Below, piece by piece: positions 28,460-42,745 of a stretch of DNA of 64,000 nt. The stretch lies in the NCBI RefSeq assembly GCF_009914755.1, contig NC_060948.1; one strand, 5' to 3'. The DNA comes from the human T2T-CHM13v2.0 reference genome, Homo sapiens. The notes under the pieces are model-generated. The model was given only the letters and a program-made list of their open reading frames with translations, searched no databases and was not told the DNA's origin. Position 1 is the stretch's first letter. Every line of letters begins with the position of its first letter. The position numbers and the translations under genes are program-made.

Positions 28460-31400
28460 ATGGAATCGAATGGAAAGGACTCGAATGGAAATCACTCGAA
28501 TAGAATGCAATTTAATAAAATAGGATCAAATGTAATGGAATGGAATGGAAAGGAATCGAAACGAAAGGAATGGAGACAGATGGAATGGAATGGAACAGAG
28601 AGCAATGGTATAGAATGGAATGGAATCATCTGGAATGGAATTGAATGGAATGGAATAATATGAAATGGAATGGAATGGAATGGAATGGAATGCCCTTGAA
28701 TTAAATGGACTGGAATGGAATGGACTCGAACAGAGTGGAATGGAAAGTGTTGAGATAGAATGGAATGGACTCCTTTGGAATGGTCTAGTATGCAATGCAA
28801 TCGACTGGCAGGGAATCAAAAGGAATGTAATCGAATGGATTGGACTGGAATGCAATGGACTCGAATAGATTGCAAACGGAATGCAAAGGAATGGAATGGA
28901 ATATTATGGAATGGAATGGAAAGGAATGGAGTGGAATAGACTAGAGTGGAATGGAATGGACTGGAAAGAAATGGACTGGAATGGAACTTTCTTGAATGGA
29001 CTGGAATCAAACGGAATGGAATGCAATGCAATCAAATGGCATGGAATAAAATAGAATGAAAGAGAATCAAATGGAATTGAATCGAATGGAATCGAATGGA
29101 TTGGAAAGGAATAGAATGGAATGGAATGGAATTGACTCAAATGGAATGGACTAGAATGGAATGGATTCGAATGGAAGGCAAAGGAATGGAATCTATTGGA
29201 ATGGACTGTAATGGAATGGAATGGAAGGGATTGGAATGGACTCGAATGGAATGGACTGCAATAGAAAGGATTCGAATGGAATGAAAAAGAATTGAATGGA
29301 ATAAAACAGAATGGAATGAAATCGAATGAAATGGAATGGAATAGAAAGGAATGGAATGAAATGGAATGGAAAGGATTCGAATGGAATGCAATCGAATGGA
29401 ATGGAATCGAACGGAATGGAATAAAATGGAAGAAAACTGGCAAGAAATGGAATCGAAATGAATGGAGTGTTATGGAACGGACTCAAAAGGAATTGAATGT
29501 AATAGAATGGAGTGGAGTGGACTCGAATATAATGGACTGGAATGGAATGAAATCACATGGAATGGGAACGAATGGAAAGGAATGGAATCGAATGGAAAGG
29601 AATCGAATGGAAGGGAATGAAATTGAATCAACAGGAATGGAAGGGAATAGAATAGACGGTAATGGAATGGACTCGAATAGAATGGACACGAATGCTCAAA
29701 TTGAATGGACTCGAATGGAATGGAAACGAAAGGAATGTCATCGAATGGAATTGAATCGATTGGAATGAAATCGCATAGAATGGAGTGGAATCAAATGGAA
29801 TTGAATCGAAAGGAAAGGAAGCGAATGGACTGAAATGAAATGGAATGGAATTGAATGGAAAGTAATGCAATGGAATAGAATGGAACGAAATTTCACGGAA
29901 TGGAATCAAACTGAATGGAATCAAATCAATGGAATCAAATCAAATGGAATGGAAAGGAATTGAATGGAGTAGATTGGATTGGATGGGATTGGAATGAAAT
30001 GTACTGGAAAGGACTCGAATTTCATGAAACGGAATGGAATGAATTGGAACGGAATGGACTCGAATGGAATGGAATGTCATGGAATGGCATCAAATGGAAT
30101 GGCATCAAATGGAATGGAATCGAATGCAATGGAATGCTATGGAATGGAATGGAATGCATTGGAATGGAATGTCCCCTAATGGAATGGATTCGAGTGGAAT
30201 GGAATCGAATATAATGGAGTCGAATGAAATGGAATTGAAAAGAATGGGATCGAATAGAATGGAATATACTGGAATGTAATGTAATGAACTCGAATGTAAT
30301 TGACTGGAATGGAATGTACATGAATGGAATGTAATCGAATGGAAAGTAATCCAATGGAATAGAATCTAATGCTATAAAATCGACTCAGATAGAGTAGAAT
30401 GTAATGGAATGGAGTGCAGTACAATGGAATGGAATGGAATGCAATGGAATGGAATGGAATGGAATGGAATGGAATGGAATGGGATGGAATGGGATGGAAT
30501 GGAATGGAATGGGATGGAATGGTATGGAATGGATAGTAATGGACTGGAGTGAAATGGACTGGAAAGGAATGGACTCAAATTGAAAGGGCTCGAAAGGAAT
30601 GGAGTCAAATGGAATGGTCTGGAATGGAATGAACACGAATGTAATGCAATCCAATAGAATGGAATCGAATGGCATGGAATATAAAGAAATGGATTCGAAG
30701 AGAATGGAAACAAATGGAATGGAATTGAATGGAATGGAATTGAATGGAATGGGAACGAATGGAGTGAAATTGTATGCAGTAGAAGGGAATAGAAAGGAAT
30801 GCAAGCGAAAGGAAAGGAATGGATTGGAATGGAATGGAATTCATTGGAATGGAAGGGAATGTAGTGTAATGGACAGGCCTGGAATAAAGTGGAATGCTAC
30901 GGTCTCGAATGGAATAAAAATGTATGGAATGGAATGCAATGAAATGGAATCGAATGTCATAGAATGTAATGGAATGCAACAAAATGGAATCCAATATCAT
31001 TGACTGGAAAGGCTGGGTGTCGAAAGGAATTGACTCCAATGGAATGGAATCGAATGGAATGGAAGTGAATAGAATCGAACTAAATCGAATGGAATGGAAT
31101 TGATAGGAACGGAATGGAAAGGAATGCAATGATTTGGCATGGAATGGAATCGAATGGCATCGAATGGAATGGAATGGAATGCAATGGAATGGAATGTATT
31201 AGAATGGAATGAACTTTAATGGAATGTACTCGAATGGATTCGACTGGAATGGAATGTTCTGGAAGTGAATGGACTCCAATGGAATGGATTCAAAAGGAAT
31301 GGAATCGTACGGAATGGAATCTAATGGAATGGAATTAAATGGAAATGAATCAAATTGAATAGCACGGAATTGAATTGAATGGAATGGAATGCAATGGAAT

Positions 31401-32033
31401 CTAATGAAACGGAAAGGAAAGGAATGGAATGGAATGGAATGGGCTGGAATGGAAAGGAATCGAAACGAATGGAATGGAATCGAACTGAAGAGACTGGAAT
31501 GGAATGCACTGGAATGGAAGGGAGTGTAATGGAAGGTTCTCGAAAAAAATGGAATCGAATGGAATGGAATTGAATGGAACGGAATAGAGTCGAATGGAAT
31601 TGAATGGAATGGAATGGACTAGAGTGAAATGGAATCGAACCACAAGGAATTGAGAGGAATAGAATGGTCTCGAATTGAATGGAATCGTATGGAATGGCAT
31701 CAAACGGAATGGAATGGACAGCCACGGAATGGAATGCACTCGAATGCAATGGAGTCGAAACTAATGGACTGGAATAGAATGGACTCGACTGGTACGGACT
31801 CCAATGGAATGGAATCGAATGGAAGGGAATCGAACGGAATGGACACGAAGGGAAAAGACTGCAATGGAAAGGTCTCGAATGGAATGGAAATTAATGGAAT
31901 GGAATGGAATCGAATGAAATGGAGTCAAAAGGAATGGAATCGAATGGCAAGAAATCGAATGTAATGGAATCGCAAGGAATTGATGTGAACGGAACGGAAT
32001 GGAATGGAATCCAAAGGAATGGAATAGAATGGA
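28460..32033. repeat. DYZ1 unit U9 (3574 bp)
   Basis: Landmark spacing; private 10-bp deletion near 29575; expanded tract with three GGGAT pentamers. Confidence 0.9.
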
Positions 32034-35000
32034 ATGGAATCGAATGGAAAGGACTCGAATGGAAATCACTCGAATAGAATGCAATTTAATAAAATAGGAT
32101 CAAATGTAATGGAATGGAATGGAAAGGAATCGAAACGAAAGGAATGGAGACAGATGGAATGGAATAGAACAGAGAGCAATGGTATAGAATGGAATGGAAT
32201 CATCTGGAATGGAATTGAATGGAATGGAATAATATGAAATGGAATGGAATGGAATGGAATGGAATGCCCTTGAATTAAATGGACTGGAATGGAATGGACT
32301 CGAACAGAGTGGAATGGAAAGTGTTGAGATAGAATGGAATGGACTCCTTTGGAATGGTCTAGTATGCAATGCAATCGACTGGCAGGGAATCAAAAGGAAT
32401 GTAATCGAATGGATTGGACTGGAATGCAATGGACTCGAATAGATTGCAAACGGGATGCAGAGGAATGGAATGGAATAGTATGGAATGGAATGGAAAGGAA
32501 TGGAGTGGAATAGACTAGAGTGGAATGGAATGGACTGGAAAGCAATGGACTGGAATGGAACTTTCTTGAATGGACTGGAATCAAACGGAATGGAATGCAA
32601 TGCAATCAAATGGCATGGAATAAAATAGAATGAAAGAGAATCAAATGGAATTGAATCGAATGGAATCGAATGGATTGGAAAGGAATAGAATGGAATGGAA
32701 TGGAATGGACTCAAATGGAATGGACTAGAATGGAATGGATTCGAATGGAAGGCAAAGGAATGGAATCTATTGGAATGGACTGTAATGGAATGGAATGGAA
32801 GGGATTGGAATGGACTCGAATGGAATGGACTGCAATAGAAAGGATTCAAATGGAATGAAAAAGAATTGAATGGAATAGAACAGAATGGAATCAAATCGAA
32901 TGAAATGGAATGGAATAGAAAGGAATGGAATGAAATGGAATGGAAAGGATTCGAATGGAATGCAATCGAATGGAATGGAATCGAACGGAATGGAATAAAA
33001 TGGAAGAAAACTGGCAAGAAATGGAATCGAAATGAATGGAGTGTTATGGAACGGACTCAAAAGGAATTGAATGTAATAGAATGGAGTGGAGTGGACTCGA
33101 ATATAATGGACTGGAATGGAATGAAATCACATGGAATGGGAACGAATGGAATGGAATGGAAAGGAATGGAATCGAATGGAAAGGAATCGAATGGAAGGGA
33201 ATGAAATTGAATCAACAGGAATGGAAGGGAATAGAATAGACGGTAATGGAATGGACTCGAATAGAATGGACACGAATGCTCAAATTGAATGGACTCGAAT
33301 GGAATGGAAACGAAAGGAATGTCATCGAATGGAATTGAATCGATTGCAATGAAATCGCATAGAATGGAGTGGAATCAAATGGAATTGAATCGAAAGGAAA
33401 GGAAGCGAATGGACTGAAATGAAATGGAATGGAATTGAATGGAAAGTAATGCAATGGAATAGAATGGAACGAAATTTCACGGAATGGAATCAAACTGAAT
33501 GGAATCAAATCAATGGAATCTAATCAAATGGAATGGAAAGGAATTGAATGGAGTAGATTGGATTGGATGGGATTGGAATGAAATGTACTGGAAAGGACTC
33601 GAATTTCATGAAACGGAATGGAATGAATTGGAACGGAATGGACTCGAATGGAATGGAATGTCATGGAATGGCATCAAATGGAATGGCATCAAATGGAATG
33701 GAATCGAATGCAATGGAATGCTATGGAATGGAATGGAATGCATTGGAATGGAATGTCCTCTAATGGAATGGATTCGAGTGGAATGGAATCGAATATAATG
33801 GAGTCGAATGAAATGGAATTGAAAGGAATGGGATCGAATACAATGGAATATACTGGAATGTAATGTAATGAACTCGAATGTAATTGACTGGAATGGAATG
33901 TACATGAATGGAATGTAATCGAATGGAAAGTAATCCAATGGAATAGAATCTAATGCAATAAAATCGACTCAGATAGAGTAGCATGTAATGGAATGGAGTG
34001 CAGTGCAATGGAATGGAATGGAATGGAATGCAATGGAATGGAATGGAATGGAATGGAATGGAATGGAATGGAATGGAATGGAATGGAATGGGATGGGATG
34101 GAATGGTATGGAATGGATAGTAATGGACTGGAGTGAAATGGACTGGAAAGGAATGGACTCAAATTGAAAGGGCTCGAAAGGAATGGAGTCAAATGGAATG
34201 GTCTGGAATGGAATGAACACGAATGTAATGCAATCCAATAGAATGGAATCGAATGGCATGGAATATAAAGAAATGGAATCGGAGAGAATGGAAACAAATG
34301 GAATGGAATTGAATGGAATGGAATTGAATGGAATGGGAACGAATGGAGTGAAATTGTATGCAGTAGAAGGGAATAGAACGGAATGCAAGCAAAAGGAAAG
34401 GAATGGATTGGAATGGAATGGAATTCATTGGAATGGAAGGGAATGTAGTGTAATGGACAGGCCTGGAATAAAGTGGAATGCTACGGTCTCGAATGGAATA
34501 AAAATGTATGGAATGGAATGCAATGAAATGGAATCGAATGTCATAGAATGTAATGGAATGCAACAAAATGGAATCCAATATCATTGACTGGAAAGGCTGG
34601 GTGTCGAAAGGAATTGACTCCAATGGAATGGAATCGAATGGAATGGAAGTGAATAGAATCGAACTAAATCGAATGGAATGGAATTGATAGGAACGGAATG
34701 GAAAGGAATGCAATGATTTGGCATGGAATGGAATCGAATGGCATCGAATGGAATGGAATGGAATGCAATGGAATGGAATGTATTAGAATGTAATGAACTT
34801 TAATGGAATGTACTCGAATGGATTCGACTGGAATGGAATGTTCTGGAAGTGAATGGACTCCAATGGAATGGATTCAAAAGGAATGGAATCGTACGGAATG
34901 GAATCTAATGGAATGGAATTAAATGGAAATGAATCAAATTGAATAGCACGGAATTGAATTGAATGGAATGGAATGCAATGGAATCTAATGAAACGGAAAG

Positions 35001-35617
35001 GAAAGGAATGGAATGGAATGGAATGGGCTGGAATGGAAAGGAATCGAAACGAATGGAATGGAATCGAACTGAAGAGACTGGAATGGAATGCACTGGAATG
35101 GAAGGGAGTGTAATGGAAGGTTCTCGAAAAAAATGGAATCGAATGGAATGGAATTGAATGGAACGGAATAGAGTCGAATGGAATTGAATGGAATGGAATG
35201 GACTAGAGTGAAATGGAATCGAACCACAAGGAATGGACAGGAATAGAATGGTCTCGAATTGAATGGAATCGTATGGAATGGCATCAAACGGAATGGAATG
35301 GACAGCCACGGAATGGAATGCACTCGAATGCAATGGAGTCGAAACTAATGGACTGGAATAGAATGGACTCGACTGGTACGGACTCCAATGGAATGGAATC
35401 GAATGGAAGGGAATCGAACGGAATGGACTCGAAGGGAAAAGACTGCAATGGAAAGGTCTCGAATGGAATGGAAATTAATGGAATGGAATGGAATCGAATG
35501 AAATGGAGTCAAAAGGAATGGAATCGAATGGCAAGAAATCGAATGTAATGGAATCGCAAGGAATTGATGTGAACGGAACGGAATGGAATGGAATCCAAAG
35601 GAATGGAATAGAATGGA
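32034..35617. repeat. DYZ1 unit U10 (3584 bp, longest; type A)
   Basis: Landmark spacing; variants shared with U14. Confidence 0.9.
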
Positions 35618-38600
35618 ATGGAATCGAATGGAAAGGACTCGAATGGCAATCACTCGAATAGAATGCAATTTAATAAAATAGGATCAAATGTAATGGAATG
35701 GAATGGAAAGGAATCGAAACGAAAGGAATGGAGACAGATGGAATGGAATGGAACAGAGAGCAATGGTATAGAATGGAATGGAATCATCTGGAATGGAATT
35801 GAATGGAATGGAATAATATGAAATGGAATGGAATGGAATGGAATGGAATGCCCTTGAATTAAATGGACTGGAATGGAATGGACTCGAACAGAGTGGAATG
35901 GAAAGTGTTGAGATAGAATGGAATGGACTCCTTTGGAATGGTCTAGTATGCAATGCAATCGACTGGCAGGGAATCAAAAGGAATGTAATCGAATGGATTG
36001 GACTGGAATGCAATGGACTCGAATAGATTGGAAACGGGATGCAAAGGAATGGAATGGAATAGTATGGAACGGAATGGAAAGGAATGGAGTGGAATAGACT
36101 AGAGTGGAATGGAATGGACTGGAAAGCAATGGACTGGAATGGAACTTTCTTGAATGGACTGGAATCAAACGGAATGGAATGCAATGCAATCAAATGGCAT
36201 GGAATAAAATAGAATGAAAGAGAATCAAATGGAATTGAATCGAATGGAATCGAATGGATTGGAAAGGAATAGAATGGAATGGAATGGAATGGACTCAAAT
36301 GGAATGGACTAGAATGGAATGGATTCGAATGGAAGGCAAAGGAATGGAATCTACTGGAATGGACTGTAATGGAATGGAATGGAAGGGATTGGAATGGACT
36401 CGAATGGAATGGACTGCAATAGAAAGGATTCGAATGGAATGAAAAAGAATTGAATGGAATAGAACAGAATGGAATCAAATCGAATGAAATGGAATGGAAT
36501 AGAAAGGAATGGAATGAAATGGAATGGAAAGGATTCGAATGGAATGCAATCGAATGGAATGGAATCGAACGGAATGGAATAAAATGGAAGAAAACTGGCA
36601 AGAAATGGAATCGAAATGAATGGAGTGTTATGGAACGGACTCAAAAGGAATTGAATGTAATAGAATGGAGTGGAGTGGACTCGAATATAATGGACTGGAA
36701 TGGAATGAAATCACATGGAATGGGAACGAATGGAATGGAATGGAAAGGAATGGAATCGAATGGAAAGGAATCGAATGGAAGGGAATGAAATTGAATCAAC
36801 AGGAATGGAAGGGAATAGAATAGACGGTAATGGAATGGACTCGAATAGAATGGACACGAATGCTCAAATTGAATGGACTCGAATGGAATGGAAACGAAAG
36901 GAATGTCATCGAATGGAATTGAATCGATTGCAATGAAATCGCATAGAATGGAGTGGAATCAAATGGAATTGAATCGAAAGGAAAGGAAGCGAATGGACTG
37001 AAATGAAATGGAATGGAATTGAATGGAAAGTAATGCAATGGAATAGAATGGAACGAAATTTCACGGAATGGAATCAAACTGAATGGAATCAAATCAATGG
37101 AATCTAATCAAATGGAATGGAAAGGAATTGAATGGAGTAGATTGGATTGGATGGGATTGGAATGAAATGTACTGGAAAGGACTCGAATTTCATGAAACGG
37201 AATGGAATGAATTGGAACGGAATGGACTCGAATGGAATGGAATGTCATGGAATGGCATCAAATGGAATGGCATCAAATGGAATGGAATCGAATGCAATGG
37301 AATGCTATGGAATGGAATGGAATGCATTGGAATGGAATGTCCTCTAATGGAATGGATTCGAGTGGAATGGAATCGAATATAATGGAGTCGAATGAAATGG
37401 AATTGAAAGGAATGGGATCGAATACAATGGAATATACTGGAATGTAATGTAATGAACTCGAATGTAATTGACTGGAATGGAATGTACATGAATGGAAGGT
37501 AATCGAATGGAAAGTAATCCAATGGAATAGAATCTAATGCAATAAAACCGACTCAGATAGAGTAGAATGTAATGGAATGGAGTGCAGTGCAATGGAATGG
37601 AATGGAATTGAATGCAATGGAATGGAATGGAATGGAATGGAATGGAATGGAATGGAATGGAATGGGATGGAATGGTATGGAATGGATAGTAATGGACTGG
37701 AGTGAAATGGACTGGAAAGGAATGGACTCAAATTGAAAGGGCTCGAAAGGAATGGAGTCAAATGGAATGGTCTGGAATGGAATGAACACGAATGTAATGC
37801 AATCCAATAGAATGGAATCGAATGGCATGGAATATAAAGAAATGGAATCGGAGGGAATGGAAACAAATGGAATGGAATTGAATGGAATGGAATTGAATGG
37901 AATGGGAACGAATGGAGTGAAATTGTATGCAGTAGAAGGGAATAGAATGGAATGCAAGCGAAAGGAAAGGAATGGATTGGAATGGAATGGAATTCATTGG
38001 AATGGAAGGGAATGTAGTGTAATGGACAGGCCTGGAATAAAGTGGAATGCTACGGTCTCGAATGGAATAAAAATGTATGGAATGGAATGCAATGAAATGG
38101 AATCGAATGTCATAGAATGTAATGGAATGCAACAAAATGGAATCCAAAATCATTGACTGGAAAGGCTGGGTGTCGAAAGGAATTGACTCCAATGGAATGG
38201 AATCGAATGGAATGGAAGTGAATAGAATCGAACTAAATCGAATGGAATGGAATTGATAGGAACGGAATGGAAAGGAATGCAATGATTTGGCATGGAATGG
38301 AATCGAATGGCATCGAATGGAATGGAATGGAATGCAATGGAATGGAATGTATTAGAATGTAATGAACTTTAATGGAATGTACTCGAATGGATTCGACTGG
38401 AATGGAATGTTCTGGAAGTGAATGGACTCCAATGGAATGGATTCCAAAGGAATGGAATCGTACGGAATGGAATCTAATGGAATGGAATTAAATGGAAATG
38501 AATCAAATTGAATAGCACGGAATTGAATTGAATGGAATGGAATGCAATGGAATCTAATGAAACGGAAAGGAAAGGAATGGAATGGAATGGAATGGGCTGG

Positions 38601-39186
38601 AATGGAAAGGAATCGAAACGAATGGAATGGAATCGAACTGAAGAGACTGGAATGGAATGCACTGGAATGGAAGGGAGTGTAATGGAAGGTTCTCGAAAAA
38701 AATGGAATCGAATGGAATGGAATTGAATGGAACGGAATAGAGTCGAATGGAATTGAATGGAATGGAATGGACTAGAGTGAAATGGAATCGAACCACAAGG
38801 AATGGACAGGAATAGAATGGTCTCGAATTGAATGGAATCGTATGGAATGGCATCAAACGGAATGGAATGGACAGCCACGGAATGGAATGCACTCGAATGC
38901 AATGGAGTCGAAACTAATGGACTGGAATAGAATGGACTCGACTGGTACGGACTCCAATGGAATGGAATCGAATGGAAGGGAATCGAACGGAATGGACTCG
39001 AAGGGAAAAGACTGCAATGGAAAGGTCTCGAATGGAATGGAAATTAATGGAATGGAATGGAATCGAATGAAATGGAGTCAAAAGGAATGGAATCGAATGG
39101 CAAGAAATCGAATGTAATGGAATCGCAAGGAATTGATGTGAACGGAACGGAATGGAATGGAATCCAAAGGAATGGAATAGAATGGA
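35618..39186. repeat. DYZ1 unit U11 (3569 bp; type B)
   Basis: Landmark spacing; variants shared with U12 and U15. Confidence 0.9.
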
Positions 39187-42100
39187 ATGGAATCGAATGG
39201 AAAGGACTCGAATGGCAATCACTCGAATAGAATGCAATTTAATAAAATAGGATCAAATGTAATGGAATGGAATGGAAAGGAATCGAAACGAAAGGAATGG
39301 AGACAGATGGAATGGAATGGAACAGAGAGCAATGGTATAGAATGGAATGGAATCATCTGGAATGGAATTGAATGGAATGGAATAATATGAAATGGAATGG
39401 AATGGAATGGAATGGAATGCCCTTGAATTAAATGGACTGGAATGGAATGGACTCGAACAGAGTGGAATGGAAAGTGTTGAGATAGAATGGAATGGACTCC
39501 TTTGGAATGGTCTAGTATGCAATGCAATCGACTGGCAGGGAATCAAAAGGAATGTAATCGAATGGATTGGACTGGAATGCAATGGACTCGAATAGATTGG
39601 AAACGGGATGCAAAGGAATGGAATGGAATAGTATGGAATGGAATGGAAAGGAATGGAGTGGAATAGACTAGAGTGGAATGGAATGGACTGGAAAGCAATG
39701 GACTGGAATGGAACTTTCTTGAATGGACTGGAATCAAACGGAATGGAATGCAATGCAATCAAATGGCATGGAATAAAATAGAATGAAAGAGAATCAAATG
39801 GAATTGAATCGAATGGAATCGAATGGATTGGAAAGGAATAGAATGGAATGGAATGGAATGGACTCAAATGGAATGGACTAGAATGGAATGGATTCGAATG
39901 GAAGGCAAAGGAATGGAATCTATTGGAATGGACTGTAATGGAATGGAATGGAAGGGATTGGAATGGACTCGAATGGAATGGACTGCAATAGAAAGGATTC
40001 GAATGGAATGAAAAAGAATTGAATGGAATAGAACAGAATGGAATCAAATCGAATGAAATGGAATGGAATAGAAAGGAATGGAATGAAATGGAATGGAAAG
40101 GATTCGAATGGAATGCAATCGAATGGAATGGAATCGAACGGAATGGAATAAAATGGAAGAAAACAGGCAAGAAATGGAATCGAAATGAATGGAGTGTTAT
40201 GGAACGGACTCAAAAGGAATTGAATGTAATAGAATGGAGTGGAGTGGACTCGAATAAAATGGACTGGAATGGAATGAAATCACATGGAATGGGAACGAAT
40301 GGAATGGAATGGAAAGGAATGGAATCGAATGGAAAGGAATCGAATGGAAGGGAATGAAATTGAATCAACAGGAATGGAAGGGAATAGAATAGACGGTAAT
40401 GGAATGGACTCGAATAGAATGGACACGAATGCTCAAATTGAATGGACTCGAATGGAATGGAAACGAAAGGAATGTCATCGAATGGAATTGAATCGATTGC
40501 AATGAAATCGCATAGAATGGAGTGGAATCAAATGGAATTGAATCGAAAGGAAAGGAAGCGAATGGACTGAAATGAAATGGAATGGAATTGAATGGAAAGT
40601 AATGCAATGGAATAGAATGGAACGAAATTTCACGGAATGGAATCAAACTGAATGGAATCAAATCAATGGAATCTAATCAAATGGAATGGAAAGGAATTGA
40701 ATGGAGTAGATTGGATTGGATGGGATTGGAATGAAATGTACTGGAAAGGACTCGAATTTCATGAAACGGAATGGAATGAATTGGAACGGAATGGACTCGA
40801 ATGGAATGGAATGTCATGGAATGGCATCAAATGGAATGGCATCAAATGGAATGGAATCGAATGCAATGGAATGCTATGGAATGGAATGGAATGCATTGGA
40901 ATGGAATGTCCTCTAATGGAATGGATTCGAGTGGAATGGAATCGAATATAATGGAGTCGAATGAAATGGAATTGAAAGGAATGGGATCGAATACAATGGA
41001 ATATACTGGAATGTAATGTAATGAACTCGAATGTAATTGACTGGAATGGAATGTACATGAATGGAAGGTAATCGAATGGAAAGTAATCCAATGGAATAGA
41101 ATCTAATGCAATAAAACCGACTCAGATAGAGTAGAATGTAATGGAATGGAGTGCAGTGCAATGGAATGGAATGGAATTGAATGCAATGGAATGGAATGGA
41201 ATGGAATGGAATGGAATGGAATGGAATGGAATGGAATGGGATGGAATGGTATGGAATGGATAGTAATGGACTGGAGTGAAATGGACTGGAAAGGAATGGA
41301 CTCAAATTGAAAGGGCTCGAAAGGAATGTAGTCAAATGGAATGGTCTGGAATGGAATGAACACGAATGTAATGCAATCCAATAGAATGGAATCGAATGGC
41401 ATGGAATATAAAGAAATGGAATCGGAGGGAATGGAAACAAATGGAATGGAATTGAATGGAATGGAATTGAATGGAATGGGAACGAATGGAGTGAAATTGT
41501 ATGCAGTAGAAGGGAATAGAATGGAATGCAAGCGAAAGGAAAGGAATGGATTGGAATGGAATGGAATTCATTGGAATGGAAGGGAATGTAGTGTAATGGA
41601 CAGGCCTGGAATAAAGTGGAATGCTACGGTCTCGAATGGAATAAAAATGTATGGAATGGAATGCAATGAAATGGAATCGAATGTCATAGAATGTAATGGA
41701 ATGCAAAAAAATGGAATCCAAAATCATTGACTGGAAAGGCTGGGTGTCGAAAGGAATTGACTCCAATGGAATGGAATCGAATGGAATGGAAGTGAATAGA
41801 ATCGAACTAAATCGAATGGAATGGAATTGATAGGAACGGAATGGAAAGGAATGCAATGATTTGGCATGGAATGGAATCGAATGGCATCGAATGGAATGGA
41901 ATGGAATGCAATGGAATGGAATGTATTAGAATGTAATGAACTTTAATGGAATGTACTCGAATGGATTCGACTGGAATGGAATGTTCTGGAAGTGAATGGA
42001 CTCCAATGGAATGGATTCCAAAGGAATGGAATCGTACGGAATGGAATTAAATGGAAATGAATCAAATTGAATAGCACGGAATTGAATTGAATGGAATGGA

Positions 42101-42745
42101 ATGCAATGGAATCTAATGAAACGGAAAGGAAAGGAATGGAATGGAATGGAATGGGCTGGAATGGAAAGGAATCGAAACGAATGGAATGGAATCGAACTGA
42201 AGAGACTGGAATGGAATGCACTGGAATGGAAGGGAGTGTAATGGAAGGTTCTCGAAAAAAATGGAATCGAATGGAATGGAATTGAATGGAACGGAATAGA
42301 GTCGAATGGAATTGAATGGAATGGAATGGACTAGAGTGAAATGGAATCGAACCACAAGGAATGGACAGGAATAGAATGGTCTCGAATTGAATGGAATCGT
42401 ATGGAATGGCATCAAACGGAATGGAATGGACAGCCACGGAATGGAATGCACTCGAATGCAATGGAGTCGAAACTAATGGACTGGAATAGAATGGACTCGA
42501 CTGGTACGGACTCCAATGGAATGGAATCGAATGGAAGGGAATCGAACGGAATGGACTCGAAGGGAAAAGACTGCAATGGAAAGGTCTCGAATGGAATGGA
42601 AATTAATGGAATGGAATGGAATCGAATGAAATGGAGTCAAAAGGAATGGAATCGAATGGCAAGAAATCGAATGTAATGGAATCGCAAGGAATTGATGTGA
42701 ACGGAACGGAATGGAATGGAATCCAAAGGAATGGAATAGAATGGA
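39187..42745. repeat. DYZ1 unit U12 (3559 bp; type B with 15-bp deletion near 42040)
   Basis: Landmark spacing; deletion shared with U15. Confidence 0.9.
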